DNA of 64,000 nucleotides from Phoronis australis (GCA_002633005.1 NMRA01000002.1:512044-576043), one strand, 5' to 3'. Counted from the first letter of the stretch, positions 51,019 to 63,430 are shown. Notes: generated from the letters alone by a model not told the origin. Numbers and translations: made by a program.

Positions 51019-51109
51019 ACAATAGCAGCAATATTGGTATGTTGTCCCTAAGTCTATAAAAATTGCGAAAATTGATTTAAGGACAACATACCAATATTGC
51101 TGCTATTGT
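51019..51109. repeat. Perfect 29-bp inverted repeat in the COPS3 proximal promoter region
   Basis: acaatagcagcaatattggtatgttgtcc (51019-51047) and ggacaacataccaatattgctgctattgt (51081-51109). Confidence 0.93.
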
Positions 51110-51230
51110 GACTCTTGTTTTTCTTAAAAAGGACACACGATCGAGTTTTTGTAAATTTAGAAATTCTAAGTGGCCGAAAATAACTTAGAAGTAAATAACA
51201 AGGGGACGTAACTCCGAATTCTGACAGAAA

Positions 51231-51285
51231 ATGGCGTCCGTGTTGGAGCAGTACGTGAACAATGTCCAAGCTTTGTCGCAACAAG
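51231..51285 (+). CDS. COPS3: COP9 signalosome subunit 3, coding exon 1
   Basis: MASVLEQYVNNVQALSQQG, donor G|gtgat. Confidence 0.93.
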
Positions 51286-51933
51286 GTGATTCTTTTGTAA
51301 ACTTGTTTTGTATTTTCAGCAAAGCTTTGGAAATTCAAGATGCAAATTGTATTTCTATTATGTGGAAATGTCAAAAGATTTCAATTTTCTTTGCACCAGT
51401 ATCAGGCTTGCCAACCAGTTATCTCAATCCCCCGGCCTCAGCCCTAACTGCCTCACTCTCAGCCAGGCTGTCTAAATTCAGGCCCGCCTCAGCTCAGGCA
51501 AGCTTATCCAGCTACTCCCTTACCTTATCTTAGCTCAGCCTTAGCCAGCCAGCTACCTATATGAAGACTGATGTCAAAATACAACTTGAAACCGCTCTCA
51601 CATACCTCGACATTTCATTCCGGCCGGGTATGCTTTCCTCATCACCTTGCCGTGAAACCTTTATCATCATGTAGAGCAGGCAAAATCTGTTGGTCAGTCG
51701 ATGGACACTCGTTATTGCTGCAAGGATATAGGCTTGAAAAATGACTAACCTCCTATATTTGCATATGACTTACTTGTTCCACCTTTTTGTCTGGGTTTAT
51801 ACGCCAAGGGCAAGGCCCACGTCTGATTGTGGAGTCAAGTTGCACCTGATCAACCTAGATTGATGTTCAAAATTTGACAAAAATGATCTTGGTCATGAAA
51901 ATCAACTTGATTATTTTTTGTTTGATTTTCTAG

Positions 51934-52063
51934 GGAACTTTTCCCAGCTTGTTGAGTACATCAGTAAAAGTTTTGAGTTCCTGTCAAAGAACCTGACTCA
52001 CCTGGATGACGTCTTGGCCACTCTGGACAATCAACAGCACTCACTAGGTGTCCTCGGGATATT
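51934..52063 (+). CDS. COPS3: COPS3 exon 2
   Basis: ttctag|GG ... TT|gtgag. [43 protein letters not shown]. Confidence 0.93.
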
Positions 52064-52231
52064 GTGAGTTAGCAGTTAGAAGTAATTTGTCAAAAATTTT
52101 CTTATTTAGCTTTTAAAACGTTGACTAAAGTCCCCTCAGCATGAGGTGACTCACCATTTCTTGACTTATGTTAGTTTTTTGTGTTGTCTAATAGAAGCAA
52201 CACCTTTGATAACTATACCAAACAGATAGTA

Positions 52232-52334
52232 CCATACTCGTCCGGGTTACTGCCCATGCTTGGGTTACCGCCCACCCCCTGTTTTTTAAGATTCACAATT
52301 TAAGCGCCCTGGGCGGTAACCTGGACTAGTACGG
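52232..52334. mobile_element. 103-bp Tc2/pogo-like MITE with TA flanks
   Basis: ta|ccatactcgtccgggttactgccca ... tgggcggtaacctggactagtacgg|ta, an imperfect TIR of about 25 bp. Confidence 0.8.
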
Positions 52335-52531
52335 TACTTATGTTGTGAAAGTCATTATACATGCTAACAAATATTTTCAAATTAAAAAATTAATTGGTTA
52401 CAGTACTGATCCATTATAAGAGAAATATACTGAATTTGAAGTCTTAAGTGAAGACTAATATATAATTTAGACTTGGTAATTTGTTTATTAAATCTTGCTG
52501 ATCTCATATCTATTTACCTTATTTTTGCCAG

Positions 52532-52644
52532 GTGTGTGAAGTTCTCCGTTTCTCAAATCGCTGACTTCGAGACACTGTTTGTGCAAACGCAAGAGTTTAT
52601 CAACCAAGCAAATGGTGAACACATTCGCTACTCTACAGATAATT
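52532..52644 (+). CDS. COPS3: COPS3 exon 3
   Basis: tgccag|G ... T|gtaagt. [37 protein letters not shown]. Confidence 0.93.
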
Positions 52645-53317
52645 GTAAGTATTTTCAGAAGTTTTAATGACTGTAAAAACACCATTGTCCTGATTTTCTT
52701 TTGCTAATTGTATTATTCATACCTTTATTGACCTATCACAATCTTCGCCCCCTTGCCTAAAGTCGACAAACAAACAATAAGTTTTACATGACAACGTGTT
52801 GTTTGTCGGGTAAAATGGAGGCTTGGAAAGAAGGTGTGTCAAGAATGCTGCATCTGATTGGTCAGTTAAGCCATCACTCAAAATCCTGGCGATAGGTCAA
52901 TCGACAGGTAACCAAGGGCAAGAAAAAGTTCGGTATTTGCTTGCATGCATACAAGTTTATTGTCATGATTATATTAGAACTGTTGTAACTGTGGCTTGGT
53001 TATTTTTTTTTTTTTAATGCTTATTACGGAATCTTCAGAATACAATGAATATACATAACCTAGAAAGCGCCAAGAGGCATTAGATCTGGCTTGGTTATGA
53101 ACAGAGAGTAGATAGTATTCCCAAATGGTTGATAGTGAGACCTTCTAAATTAATAAACTCAACTATTAAATAAACCAATTTGTTTGGTGACGATGTGTCA
53201 TTTCTCAACAGAATATCTAATTGATGGCTCTATTACCATATCTTTTGAGATTTCTTGTTTGTCTTCTCTCTTTACATCACCTTATGAATAACCCAAACTG
53301 TGTTTCTGTGTTTCTAG

Positions 53318-53460
53318 TCGCTGAGCTATGGCACAAGTTCACTGAACAGTTAGTAACTCGCAAACAGCCAATGAGGGGCATAGCACTGCTGTCAAAGGCG
53401 ATAACTAAAGTACAGATGTCCCCTTCACAGCTGACGTCCATACACGGGGATTTATGCCAG
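53318..53460 (+). CDS. COPS3: COPS3 exon 4
   Basis: ttctag|TC ... CAG|gttggt. [13 protein letters not shown]...[11 protein letters not shown]. Confidence 0.93.
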
Positions 53461-53738
53461 GTTGGTAGATTTGGACAAAGTGTAACTTAAGTCTCTTTTT
53501 GGTGCAGTAGATTTCATGTAATGGCTATAAGCACTTACTTCAAACTAATTTATTTTTTCCCATATTGAAGGATAAAGCAGTCGAGGCTTCCAATGACAAT
53601 CAACATGTGTATTTTAGGTATATCTGGAAATTCATTTGGTAATTCTGTAACCTTCTTTCTGTCCTCTGTGCATTTTATATTTTTGTTTCATGCTGTGTAT
53701 TTGTTGCTGGTTAATTATAATTCTGTTCCCTGTTTTAG

Positions 53739-53813
53739 CTTTGTCTGCTCTCAAAGTGCTTCACACCAGCTCTACAGTTCTTGGACACAGAAATCACAGA
53801 CATTAGCAAAGAG
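53739..53813 (+). CDS. COPS3: COPS3 exon 5
   Basis: ttttag|CTT ... GAG|gtgag. LCLLSKCFTPALQFLDTEITDISKE. Confidence 0.92.
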
Positions 53814-54678
53814 GTGAGGTGATTCTGTTGTTTTTATATAAGTCTGTGGTCTGACTATAGCCATGTCAACTTAGATACTCGACATCTAAACTTGAGAGAC
53901 TAGATTTTATGGAAACGTGATCATGCATAATTTCCTCTGTCAATTCAACGTGCTGGGAATTTTTAATGGCATGCCCTATGTTGTCTATTCAGGAAAGAAC
54001 ATTGGGACTGTTGTAGTACCCATTCAGACATGGGTTTGGAAGTGGTATGAGTATAAGCAAAGAGTGTAATTAGCAAAATATGTCTGGAAATGTGTTTTGT
54101 GTGGGAGCCTGTCTGGATTTATTTACATCACAGTACTCTCTATTGCTTTAGTGCACATTTGCTTCAACTTGACTGTATTGTATACTAGCAAAAATGTCAT
54201 TACATCTACAGACAAGTTCATTGTATGCTTGAATGCAGTGGCTTGGTTGACCGTGTATACGGAGAGTTTGAGCGAGTGTCCATTCATTAAGCAACAGATA
54301 GACAGAATTATGATGTCTTCGATAAATTATGTGTAGAAGAGGGTCTGCTGCCAACTGCTGCAATCATAAGAATTCAATTATGTGTAAGAATAAATACATT
54401 CTGTCTATTTTGGGAATTTTTGCAAAGGATTGAAAGTATTCAAAATTTGACCCATAGGTTTACAATTGAAAACTTCACCAAATAAAGTCCGTTTTCGAAA
54501 TTCCTTTTATTAATTTGGAGAATATGCCTCCTATGTATTGAGCATAATTATGGTATACATCTTGTAGAAACATATTAATGCCTTGTTATAGTTCTTGCTG
54601 TCAAGACACTGCAGAGTTATGGAACAAGAATTGAAGTTGATAACTTATTCCATGTTGATAATGCTTGTGCAATTTCAG

Positions 54679-54783
54679 GGTGGCCAGTACGATTCCAAGC
54701 ACTTTTTGTTATACTACTACTATGGGGGAATGATCTATACTGCCTTGAAAAACTACAAGAGAGCGCTGTACTTTTATGAAGTG
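54679..54783 (+). CDS. COPS3: COPS3 exon 6
   Basis: tttcag|GGT ... GTG|gtgag. [35 protein letters not shown]. Confidence 0.95.
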
Positions 54784-55352
54784 GTGAGCCTCCATTTTTA
54801 TCCCTGTGGCAATAGGTGTTTGATGCCTGACTGGTAGCATGTAAGCGCATGTAATTAGTTTCATGTCGTTTTAGCCTAGATTTTTTTGTTTCGGATATAG
54901 TTTTTTCTTTGGCTTCACTAATTTAAAACATAGAATAAATTTGGTCACTCGAGGAACTTTTTTTAAATTAATTATTGCCCTCCTTGTGTTTGTGTTTTTT
55001 ACTATCCATGTTTGTTAGTTCAGAAAAGTAATCGTTTTTGTTGTTCTGATGTGGCGACATTTTTTTCAATTGATGCATCATTGGATGTTCAAAAATTAAA
55101 CTTATTTTGTTGTATATTGCATTGATATTTTTATTAGGAAAGCTACTGATGTTATGTTAAATGGTGTCACTTGGGGATAAATTGATGTTCATTCAAATTA
55201 ACTTTTATGATTTGGACAGAATATCTTTGAAACTGTCTATGAAGCCAGTCATGTTCTATTTTTATGGCAGCTTTAGTGGTGCATTACGGTTGTGTCTTTT
55301 TTATTCTCGGGTGATGTTGAGCGTGTTGACATAACTTTTATTCATATTTCAG

Positions 55353-55442
55353 GCTGTCACGACTCCAGCTATGGCTGTGAGCCATATCATGTTAGAGGCT
55401 TACAAGAAATTCACACTGACAGCACTCATTTTACATGGGAAG
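55353..55442 (+). CDS. COPS3: COPS3 exon 7
   Basis: tttcag|GCT ... AAG|gttagt. [30 protein letters not shown]. Confidence 0.93.
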
Positions 55443-56270
55443 GTTAGTGGAAGCCAATTAAAGCATTATTAGGTGTTACAACATCAAATTACACTTTCTT
55501 GACGGTATTTATTCACTGAAAATGTTTTTGGTGTAAAATGTGGAACCTAGGCCTTGTTAACGTCAGTAGTTCCATGGAGTTATCATGACTGCATTTGAAT
55601 GCTATTTTCACGTGGTGTTATCACATATTGTGAACACATCCACTAAAACAAGAAACTGTAGGAACACCGCATTTATCCACCTTCACTCTTATCAGGCTTC
55701 TATTGTGAGTCAGCATGCGTGAATAATTGGCTGATAAGCCACCTCTGGAACTACTTTTGGCTGAATGGATGACCAAGCCATAAAATGATAATTAGCTAAG
55801 ACCAGTTACTATAATGCAACAAAGAATAATGTCTTGCATCACCTAGCCTTGGTGGAAAGCTGTATACTGTATTGGCTCAAACAAAAGGTTAGAAAAATTC
55901 ATTTCACGGGGAGGGGACGCTTATTGTAGTGAGCCTACGGGAGTTGAAACCCGGTTTCCCAAACGGGTAAAATCGGAAGCTAGGATTCATCAATTTACGC
56001 TCTGTGACGTACTTGTAGCCTATGACAGCCTTTCTACAAAATTGTGGTGCATTGCTATCAACTTCCGTTGTTAAATTACGATAATTTTTCAAAAAATTGT
56101 GCTCATCACAGGGCGAACACTTGCCGACTGATGCGTCGCTGAATCGCGATCGTCAATAGGAAAACTTGTACTCTTGAATAAAAATATAGTTTCGACTCAA
56201 CAAATTACCTGAAATCTTCCTGATGTTTTACAATTTTTAAAGTTCATGTGGAGTCCAGATTAATTGCGAT

Positions 56271-56565
56271 NNNNNNNNNNNNNNNNNNNNNNNNNNNNNN
56301 NNNNNNNNNNNNNNNNNNNNNNNNNNNNNNNNNNNNNNNNNNNNNNNNNNNNNNNNNNNNNNNNNNNNNNNNNNNNNNNNNNNNNNNNNNNNNNNNNNNN
56401 NNNNNNNNNNNNNNNNNNNNNNNNNNNNNNNNNNNNNNNNNNNNNNNNNNNNNNNNNNNNNNNNNNNNNNNNNNNNNNNNNNNNNNNNNNNNNNNNNNNN
56501 NNNNNNNNNNNNNNNNNNNNNNNNNNNNNNNNNNNNNNNNNNNNNNNNNNNNNNNNNNNNNNNNN
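56271..56565. other. Assembly gap (N run) inside a COPS3 intron
   Basis: Run of n. The COPS3 frame and protein read continuously across it, so no coding exon appears to be lost. Confidence 0.99.
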
Positions 56566-57107
56566 GTGTTGCTGTGTTGCAAAATCTCTTATCCTGGGCC
56601 GATTTGAAAAATTCAAAGTTGTACTCACATTTGTTTTCGCTCCTCTTTTCAAATATTACAGTAAAAACTACGTAAAACTCTCTCCATAAAAAGTACAGTC
56701 TGCTAGCTAGATTGTAATCAGCTGATCATATCCGCATGAGCGAAGCCAATTATCCTCGCTCGTGACTCGATGACTAGAGCAGCTTGGCAGCATCCCTTTG
56801 ATCGTGAGCCGAGCGCGACTCAGCCAAGGTGGATAAATACGGTCTAGTTCAATTTTCCATACCCCACCGTTTACCTTAACCACTGGGGTTAGAACCAATC
56901 TTATTTAGTGGGAATGTTCATAGCATGAGATAGTCTTAATATTGTCTGGCCACACCCATGACCCAACTGTATGTGTTTACTTCTCTAAGTATCACTAATA
57001 GCAACTCTGAACTGAGGGTTACCACATTTCCTGCTGGTTCTTCCATATATTTTTGCTGTGTTCTCCATATTTTTGCCGTGTTCTCAGTATTATTGTCTTG
57101 TTTTCAG

Positions 57108-57158
57108 CTATCCAGCTTGCCAAAGTACACATCTCAGGTGGTGGCCAGGTACATCAAG
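57108..57158 (+). CDS. COPS3: COPS3 exon 8
   Basis: tttcag|CTA ... AAG|gtaag. LSSLPKYTSQVVARYIK. Confidence 0.92.
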
Positions 57159-57585
57159 GTAAGGGTAAAAAACGTAACCCTTTTCAGCCTACCAAAAGAT
57201 ATTGAAAGTTTAATAAACATTTGCCTTGTGTTAAAAACAACTTTTGATTTAAGCCTCTTGATATTTCAAAATCAGTCTTGCCTTGTTTCTTATTCCAAGT
57301 AGAATTGATTTCTAGGCTTGAGATGGAATGAGAGATTGTTATTGCTTTAGACCAGGCACATTATGTTGCATGTTATGGTGTGTTAGCTTCAATAATCCAG
57401 GCAGTACAGCCATCATGAGAATTCCAGGCCATTTATTGTTGGTCATGTTTGTTTCACTTAAGTATTCATTTGTGATCATATAGTCGCTGTACTTCTATTT
57501 ACTAACCTTGAAGTGTAGCTGCATGACTTGCTGTGTTGTTCATCTGTTATCATCCTGTCACAAAATGATTCCACTGTTATTTCAG

Positions 57586-57759
57586 CCTCTCTGCCAGCCG
57601 TACAATGAGATTGTGACTTCCTACTCTAGTATGAACGCCGATGACCTCCAAGGGGTCGTCGCCAAGCACACAGAGGTCATCACCAGGGACAATAACATGG
57701 GATTGGTCAAGCAGGTGGTCACATCGCTTTACAAGAAAAATATCCAGAGGCTAACTAAG
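57586..57759 (+). CDS. COPS3: COPS3 exon 9 (PCI domain)
   Basis: tttcag|CCT ... AAG|gtagt. PLCQPYNEIV...RDNNMGLVKQVVTSLYKKNIQRLTK. Confidence 0.95.
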
Positions 57760-58299
57760 GTAGTTACCATGGTTACGTTTAAGTTCCCTACTGAGCATTG
57801 CTAGAAATGCTGGGCATGGGGTCAACAAGGTAGATTAAAAGTTATGGCCATAGCAACTGCACAAAGTTCAACAGAAAAACAAAACTGCTGAATATCTTTC
57901 CAATGCTTCAACAACATCATGAATTGTGCAAATTCACCATTCAGTGGCATTTTAAAAGTCAGCTAACACGTTGTTGTGGCGAACTGTTGCAGAAGCAAGA
58001 CTAGTCTGACCAACTTATTTCAGGCTTGAGTGAAATTAACCGAGAACGCTACTGTTGTAAAAACAAACATGCTGACCTGTAATTTAATGTGACTTTATGG
58101 AGTAGTTTGTGTGAAGAACGTTTACATAAAGCTGGCTAACAATACACTGCATTTATCCCAGAAGCACAACTGTAATCGAAGCAAAATCCAAGTCATAAGC
58201 CAGTTGATTATCTGAAAAAATTCACAGAAAATAAAATCAATACCTCATGTCCTTCCTTCAATGTGCTACCGTAATTATTTCTTGTGTTTGTAATTTCAG

Positions 58300-58386
58300 A
58301 CATTTTTGACCCTCTCGTTGGCTGACATGGCTAACAGGGTGCAGCTGTCCAGTCCAAAGGAAGCTGAGAAATATGTATTACATATG
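58300..58386 (+). CDS. COPS3: COPS3 exon 10
   Basis: tttcag|ACA ... ATG|gtgag. [29 protein letters not shown]. Confidence 0.95.
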
Positions 58387-58622
58387 GTGAGTCAGGTCTG
58401 GTGATTACAGAAGTCATCGTTGTTGTATTGCTCTAGACATGTATAGCTGACCAGTGTCAACACGTGCTTGAATATCCTGCTGTTGGGTAGTGTGACTTTT
58501 AAGCAGTAGGATTAAGGTTACATATCCAAAAATCATGGTTTGAGAAGTCACATACATGTTAGACAATGTGTCTTCCTAAAACTGCTTTGAGGTGATGATG
58601 TAGTAACTTTGTGTCTATGACC

Positions 58623-58796
58623 TATTTACACCAACCGTTACCCTAATTACATTGACACAATGTATTGGTCGGTCATTTCTCTGGCCATCTTTCCGTGCTC
58701 GTTCTTATAAGAATGCTGTAATGCCTAAAGATGGCAGAAGAAGTGACCGACCGAAATGTTGTGCCAATGTAAATAGGCTAGAGGTTGGTGTAAATA
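58623..58796. mobile_element. Foldback MITE-like palindrome, about 174 bp
   Basis: tatttacaccaacc pairs with ggttggtgtaaata. Pairing continues imperfectly to a central ttcttataagaa palindrome. Confidence 0.75.
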
Positions 58797-59325
58797 AACC
58801 AATAGGTTTTAGATATGATGTTAGTTATTGTGTGTCTGTGTCGGTTGCATCGGCAGTCGCTATGATGTGATATTGCCTCAGTTCAGCTTTATAGTCCATG
58901 GCTGACATCAGCACCTTGTTCGATGTTTGCGTCCTGAGGTGGCGATAAATGTGGGCAGTTAGTGGGATGTGCTTTTGAACCCAGCACAAATTTTATGTGC
59001 TTAATCGTTAATAAAGCATGAAAATGCCTGGGTCTAACCCTTTAATACTTATACAGAAGTCATTTTTATCTGGTTGTGTCCTCTCTATGGATTTGCTGAA
59101 TAAAATACACAATGGTTAAAATAAATTAAATTAATTTATTTAATATATGCACCAAAAAGCTTTACAATTTCTCATGCTTCTTTCTTGTATGTGCTAAGAC
59201 GGCATGAAAACAGTTCTGAGAATCAAAATGTTCTTATCTATCATCTGATTATCTAATTTATTATCAGAATGTAAGGTAGCTTATCCAGTTAGATTTTATT
59301 CTAATTGCTATTTCTTTCATTTCAG

Positions 59326-59439
59326 ATTGAAGATGGGGAAATATTTGCTACAATAAGTCAAAAAGATGGCATGGTCAGTTTCCAAGACAACCCTGAAAAA
59401 TACAGCAGTGTCTCCATGTTACAAAAAATTGACCAAGAG
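59326..59439 (+). CDS. COPS3: COPS3 exon 11
   Basis: tttcag|ATT ... GAG|gtaag. [38 protein letters not shown]. Confidence 0.95.
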
Positions 59440-60134
59440 GTAAGTTCTGCACAATTTTTAAGCTTTAAGTGGCATTGTCTGCGAGAAAAGTGATTTTCTG
59501 AGATCAAACCCTACATGGATTCAAACTTGGTACCTTCACGGTTGCAGTGAAATGCTCTGATAGAAGAGCTAAATCCCACTTGATATTTCAAGAGTATTTA
59601 ACTGGTCATGTCTTCACTCTTAATTTCAGCAAATGTCTGACAGTCAGCGGTGAGATTTCAGATGATTTATGGCGATAAAACATAAAAACAACGGATGTTA
59701 TTGTTTTATAGCTCTAGTAGAAGCTAATGACTTCAAAAAGCCTATCCCATTCAGCAGCAATTCCCAAAGTGTATTTTTTTCGGCTGTAAAACAGTAATGA
59801 TCCCTTAATAAAATCTTGTGTTTTGCCTTCAGGAGTGAACGAATCGCGAAGTATAGAAGGTCAAAAGGTCAAACTGTTGGCATCATCTATTGCACAACTG
59901 AATAAAAAAATTTCACAAAGACTGAATGAGGCAGATTTTTTTCAAAGCGCACGTGACCTTTAAGATTCACATGTGATTACTGCTGTAAAGTTGCCTGCAC
60001 GCACACGTCATGAGCAGAGGACTGTGGTACCTGCAATATTAACTTTAATGTTAACATTTGTAGTAGCACAATTATCGAAAACTTGCCTAGATCCAAAGTC
60101 GAATCTCTTGATTTAGTCTTTAAATGCTTTTCAG

Positions 60135-60215
60135 ATGCAGATAAGTATGCAGTTAGAGGAGAAGGTACGCGAGATGGACCGGGAGCTGGCTGTGAATCCA
60201 CAGTATGTTCAAAAG
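60135..60215 (+). CDS. COPS3: COPS3 exon 12
   Basis: tttcag|ATG ... AAG|gtacg. MQISMQLEEKVREMDRELAVNPQYVQK. Confidence 0.92.
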
Positions 60216-60581
60216 GTACGTAGTGCAATCATAGTTTTATAGACCCATGTGCTGAGTTTTGAAGTTGGGAACATATGGTTGGATGTAAATTAATTCCAGG
60301 AGCCATGTGTTAGGCACATATACACGTGCTTGCAGCATTGATCGTTTGAGTGTACAATGTGTTATGGTAAAACATTCACACATAATTGTTGATTCATTTC
60401 TTTTTAAACTGACGTTAGATTTCAAACTTATTTGTGTATTCATTTAATTCGTTCTGTTGTTAGAGCCCATATGGAAACATTCTGAAACTGTTTTATTGTA
60501 ACTCTAATTCGTACCATGTTCACAAGATATCTGTTGTTGAAAACTTGTGGAATTTCATACTACAGACAGCATTTAGCTTAA

Positions 60582-61461
60582 AGGCAAGGCAACTTTTTTC
60601 ATGCCTTTTTTAGCAAAAATAAGGTTTGTTGGTTATCCCAGACATGTTTTCCACTTAATTACAGCTTTTCGTAATTTAATTAATTATTCGTTCTCCACTG
60701 CGTAAGTGACATTTTGGGAGGCAAGAATTTTGCACCAATTTCTTTTCATATAGTCTGACTGTGAGAGCTGCCAAGTCCATCATTGTTATATCTCGGTTGC
60801 GATAAGTTCGGTCGTTATTTGCTATTGTTTACGAGTCAGTCAACATGCCACACTGTTAATGCGTACCGGGATGTACTCATTATCGTCTCACGGTCAGAGG
60901 AACAACAGTCCCACTTGCCCTAGAGTTCCTAATGGATAGCGACCTGAGCACACAAACTGCGTACTCCCCGCCGTGTGACTCCCTCGCCACACACATAGCA
61001 TCTTCGAAATAGTTCTAATACTTTAGACAAGTCCGCAATAAACTTATTAAAGTTTGGCTCACTGATCTGTTCATTGAACGACGAACTGTACTCTTCACTG
61101 GGCCTGTATTCACTCCCACTACTCAACATCGCAGCAGGGCTGCTTACAGGCTTTGGGCCATAATGAGTACACCCCGGTATGCAGCAACAGTGTGGCATGT
61201 TGAGCGACTCGTAAACAAAAGCAGACGACGAACGGACTTATCACAACGGAGGTAGATCAATGACCGACTCGACAGCTCTCACAGTCAGACTATACGAAAA
61301 GAAATTGGCTCGAAATTCTTGCCTCCCAAAACGTCACTTCCGGAGTAGAGAACGAATAATTAATTAAATTACGAAAAGCTACAATTAAGTGGAAAATATG
61401 TCTGGGATAACCAACGAACCTTATTTTTGCTAAGAATGACAAGAAAAAGGTTGCCTCGCCT
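60582..61461. mobile_element. Kolobok-like non-autonomous DNA transposon with TIRs of about 300 bp and TTAA flanks
   Basis: ttaa|AGGC...GCCT|ttaa. Arms 60582 to about 60883 and about 61160-61461 are diverged inverted copies. The internal minus-strand remnant reads MPHCCCIPGCTHY...KFIADLSKVLELFRRCYVCG. Confidence 0.8.
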
Positions 61462-61488
61462 TTAAACAGCATCTTTGATACATTGTAG

Positions 61489-61560
61489 AGTTCTGGTGTC
61501 CATGATGAAGATTTGCCTGGTTCCACATCGTCTCACAAAGGCTCAGGATTCTTTCTATGA
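61489..61560 (+). CDS. COPS3: COPS3 last coding exon (13 exons, 1290 nt, 429 aa)
   Basis: ttgtag|AGT. SSGVHDEDLPGSTSSHKGSGFFL then TGA. The phase is right and it resembles the short acidic vertebrate tail. Confidence 0.8.
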   Translation, partial: SSGVHDEDLPGSTSSHKGSGFFL

Positions 61561-63206
61561 TTTCGAGAGACGTATATAAAACAGTGCTGTAAAATCCTCA
61601 GATCTACTCTTCACTGTACAGTACAGTGTTATCAAGGACCTGAAGATGGCGCTATTTGCATATTAGAAGAATCTGTTGATTGGAGACTACGATACTGTTG
61701 TCATATGCTGGTTCACACGCAAGGCTTAATTCAGAATTGTAGCATTAAAAGGCCGTTTTTGGCGATGTAAAACAAAACCAAATGTTAACGACTGTGGAAA
61801 AAATCAGGCTCTTTGTATCTTGTTTTGCTTATGTTATGAAAGTGCTTGACACATTACAAACATTTTGTATTTGAAAATGACTTGTATTTCTCTAGATTGA
61901 ATAACATACCAACTACACACATTCATGTCAATTCAACATTTTTTCATAAATACCTTTCCTGGACTGAATATGAAATAAATAACTGATTTATGTTTGCATC
62001 TCAGCTCTGTAAAAGATCAATTTTTGTCAAACAGTGTCTAATCACTAGTGTTTACAATACCAACTTCAAAGTCAAGGCCAGTTTCTACAGGATAGGTCTC
62101 CAGTCATTGTCTTGTGAACTGACCTCCTTACATATGATGAGGTTGACGTCGATTTCCCATAATCTGTCACTCTAGGTATAACCATAACGAGGTCATTACA
62201 AGTTACCAACTGACAGTATTGGTCTTAGAGGCCAAAACAACAAATAGCAACAGAAAATACTAGAAAACTCTCTGGATGATGTAAATCTATTGGGTGAAAA
62301 TTGTATTGGTATGTGAAAAAAAATTATGGCCAATATGACGAGACTTGGTGCCAAAATACTTTCTTCCTGTTGAAGACGGAAAACACGAGTGCTCCATTTC
62401 ATGTTTCCTGGTGCTATGAAAAGTTGTACTCTTCAAGAAATTTGTCAAAGTCTTTGTCAGAAAACACAGTGCCCTCATTTTTGTTAACACTGTCTACTTC
62501 GACTCTCCTCTTCCTTCTGTTATGTTTTGAAATCTGCAATAAAAGAAATAAGTACACTGTTAACGGCAACTCCTACGCAGGACCTGTACAAGTCTGAAAT
62601 TGCTACTATGTATGTATATGGGGACAAGCAATTTATAAGACTGTTAAACTACCAAGTCGTGTTCATTAAACATGTATTAATGAAGTTCTACTACCATGTT
62701 AACAGTATTTCAACAAAAGGTGCATCCACATTATTTTTTAAAAACATGGACACAAAAGGCATAGGAAACAAGTGCTGTAAAATCCACAGTACTGACATTC
62801 CTGTGGAGTTAGCTATAGCCTAAAGATGGCGCAATTTGCAACACATCACACTTGATACCCAAAAATATGATGGGACTCATTGACCTTAATCACTCGTTAC
62901 AATGAAACCTGTCCTCACTTCAAGGCAATCTTACAGCAAAAATAGCTAAAAAGAATACAAGCCAAATAAACCCATTATATGCAACACAAAAAAGTACAAA
63001 CAATGCTATCATTAACATATACCCCCATTCTGCAGTTATAAAACAAAAGAAACTGGTTATAAATGTAGGACACGTTAACAATTTATGCTATCCAGATCCA
63101 ATCAGTACAGATCCTTATTAACACTTAGCACAAGTTTGTAGCACGGAATGCCACTAGAAACACTAGACAAGATGGAAGAACTCCTTCCAAAAGCTGTACC
63201 AGTAGT

Positions 63207-63430
63207 TCACTGCCCTGAAATGACACTATCACATTCCAGAGAAGCACAACGATGTGGAATGTGGTTGATATGATGCATAACTGCCTGATTTGTGCTACTT
63301 GTAGGAGCAACATGTTGGAGATTGCTTACTTTGTCCAATACGTCAGGATGGGCATGTGTTCTTGTATACGCCTGCAAGCACCGGAGACTTTCTTCTGTCA
63401 TATCTTGAGGTAAATTTTTTTGGTAGTCCT
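63207..63430 (-). CDS. Possible terminal coding exon of an unidentified minus-strand gene entering from beyond the window
   Basis: ttttttgcag acceptor, then an open frame DYQKNLPQDMTEESLRCLQAYTRTHAHPDVLDKVS...SVISGQ*, followed by minus-strand T-rich, UTR-like sequence. No homolog recognised. Confidence 0.4.

Noticed and set aside
56244-56689. ORFs containing long X runs
   Set aside because: Artefacts of the N gap.
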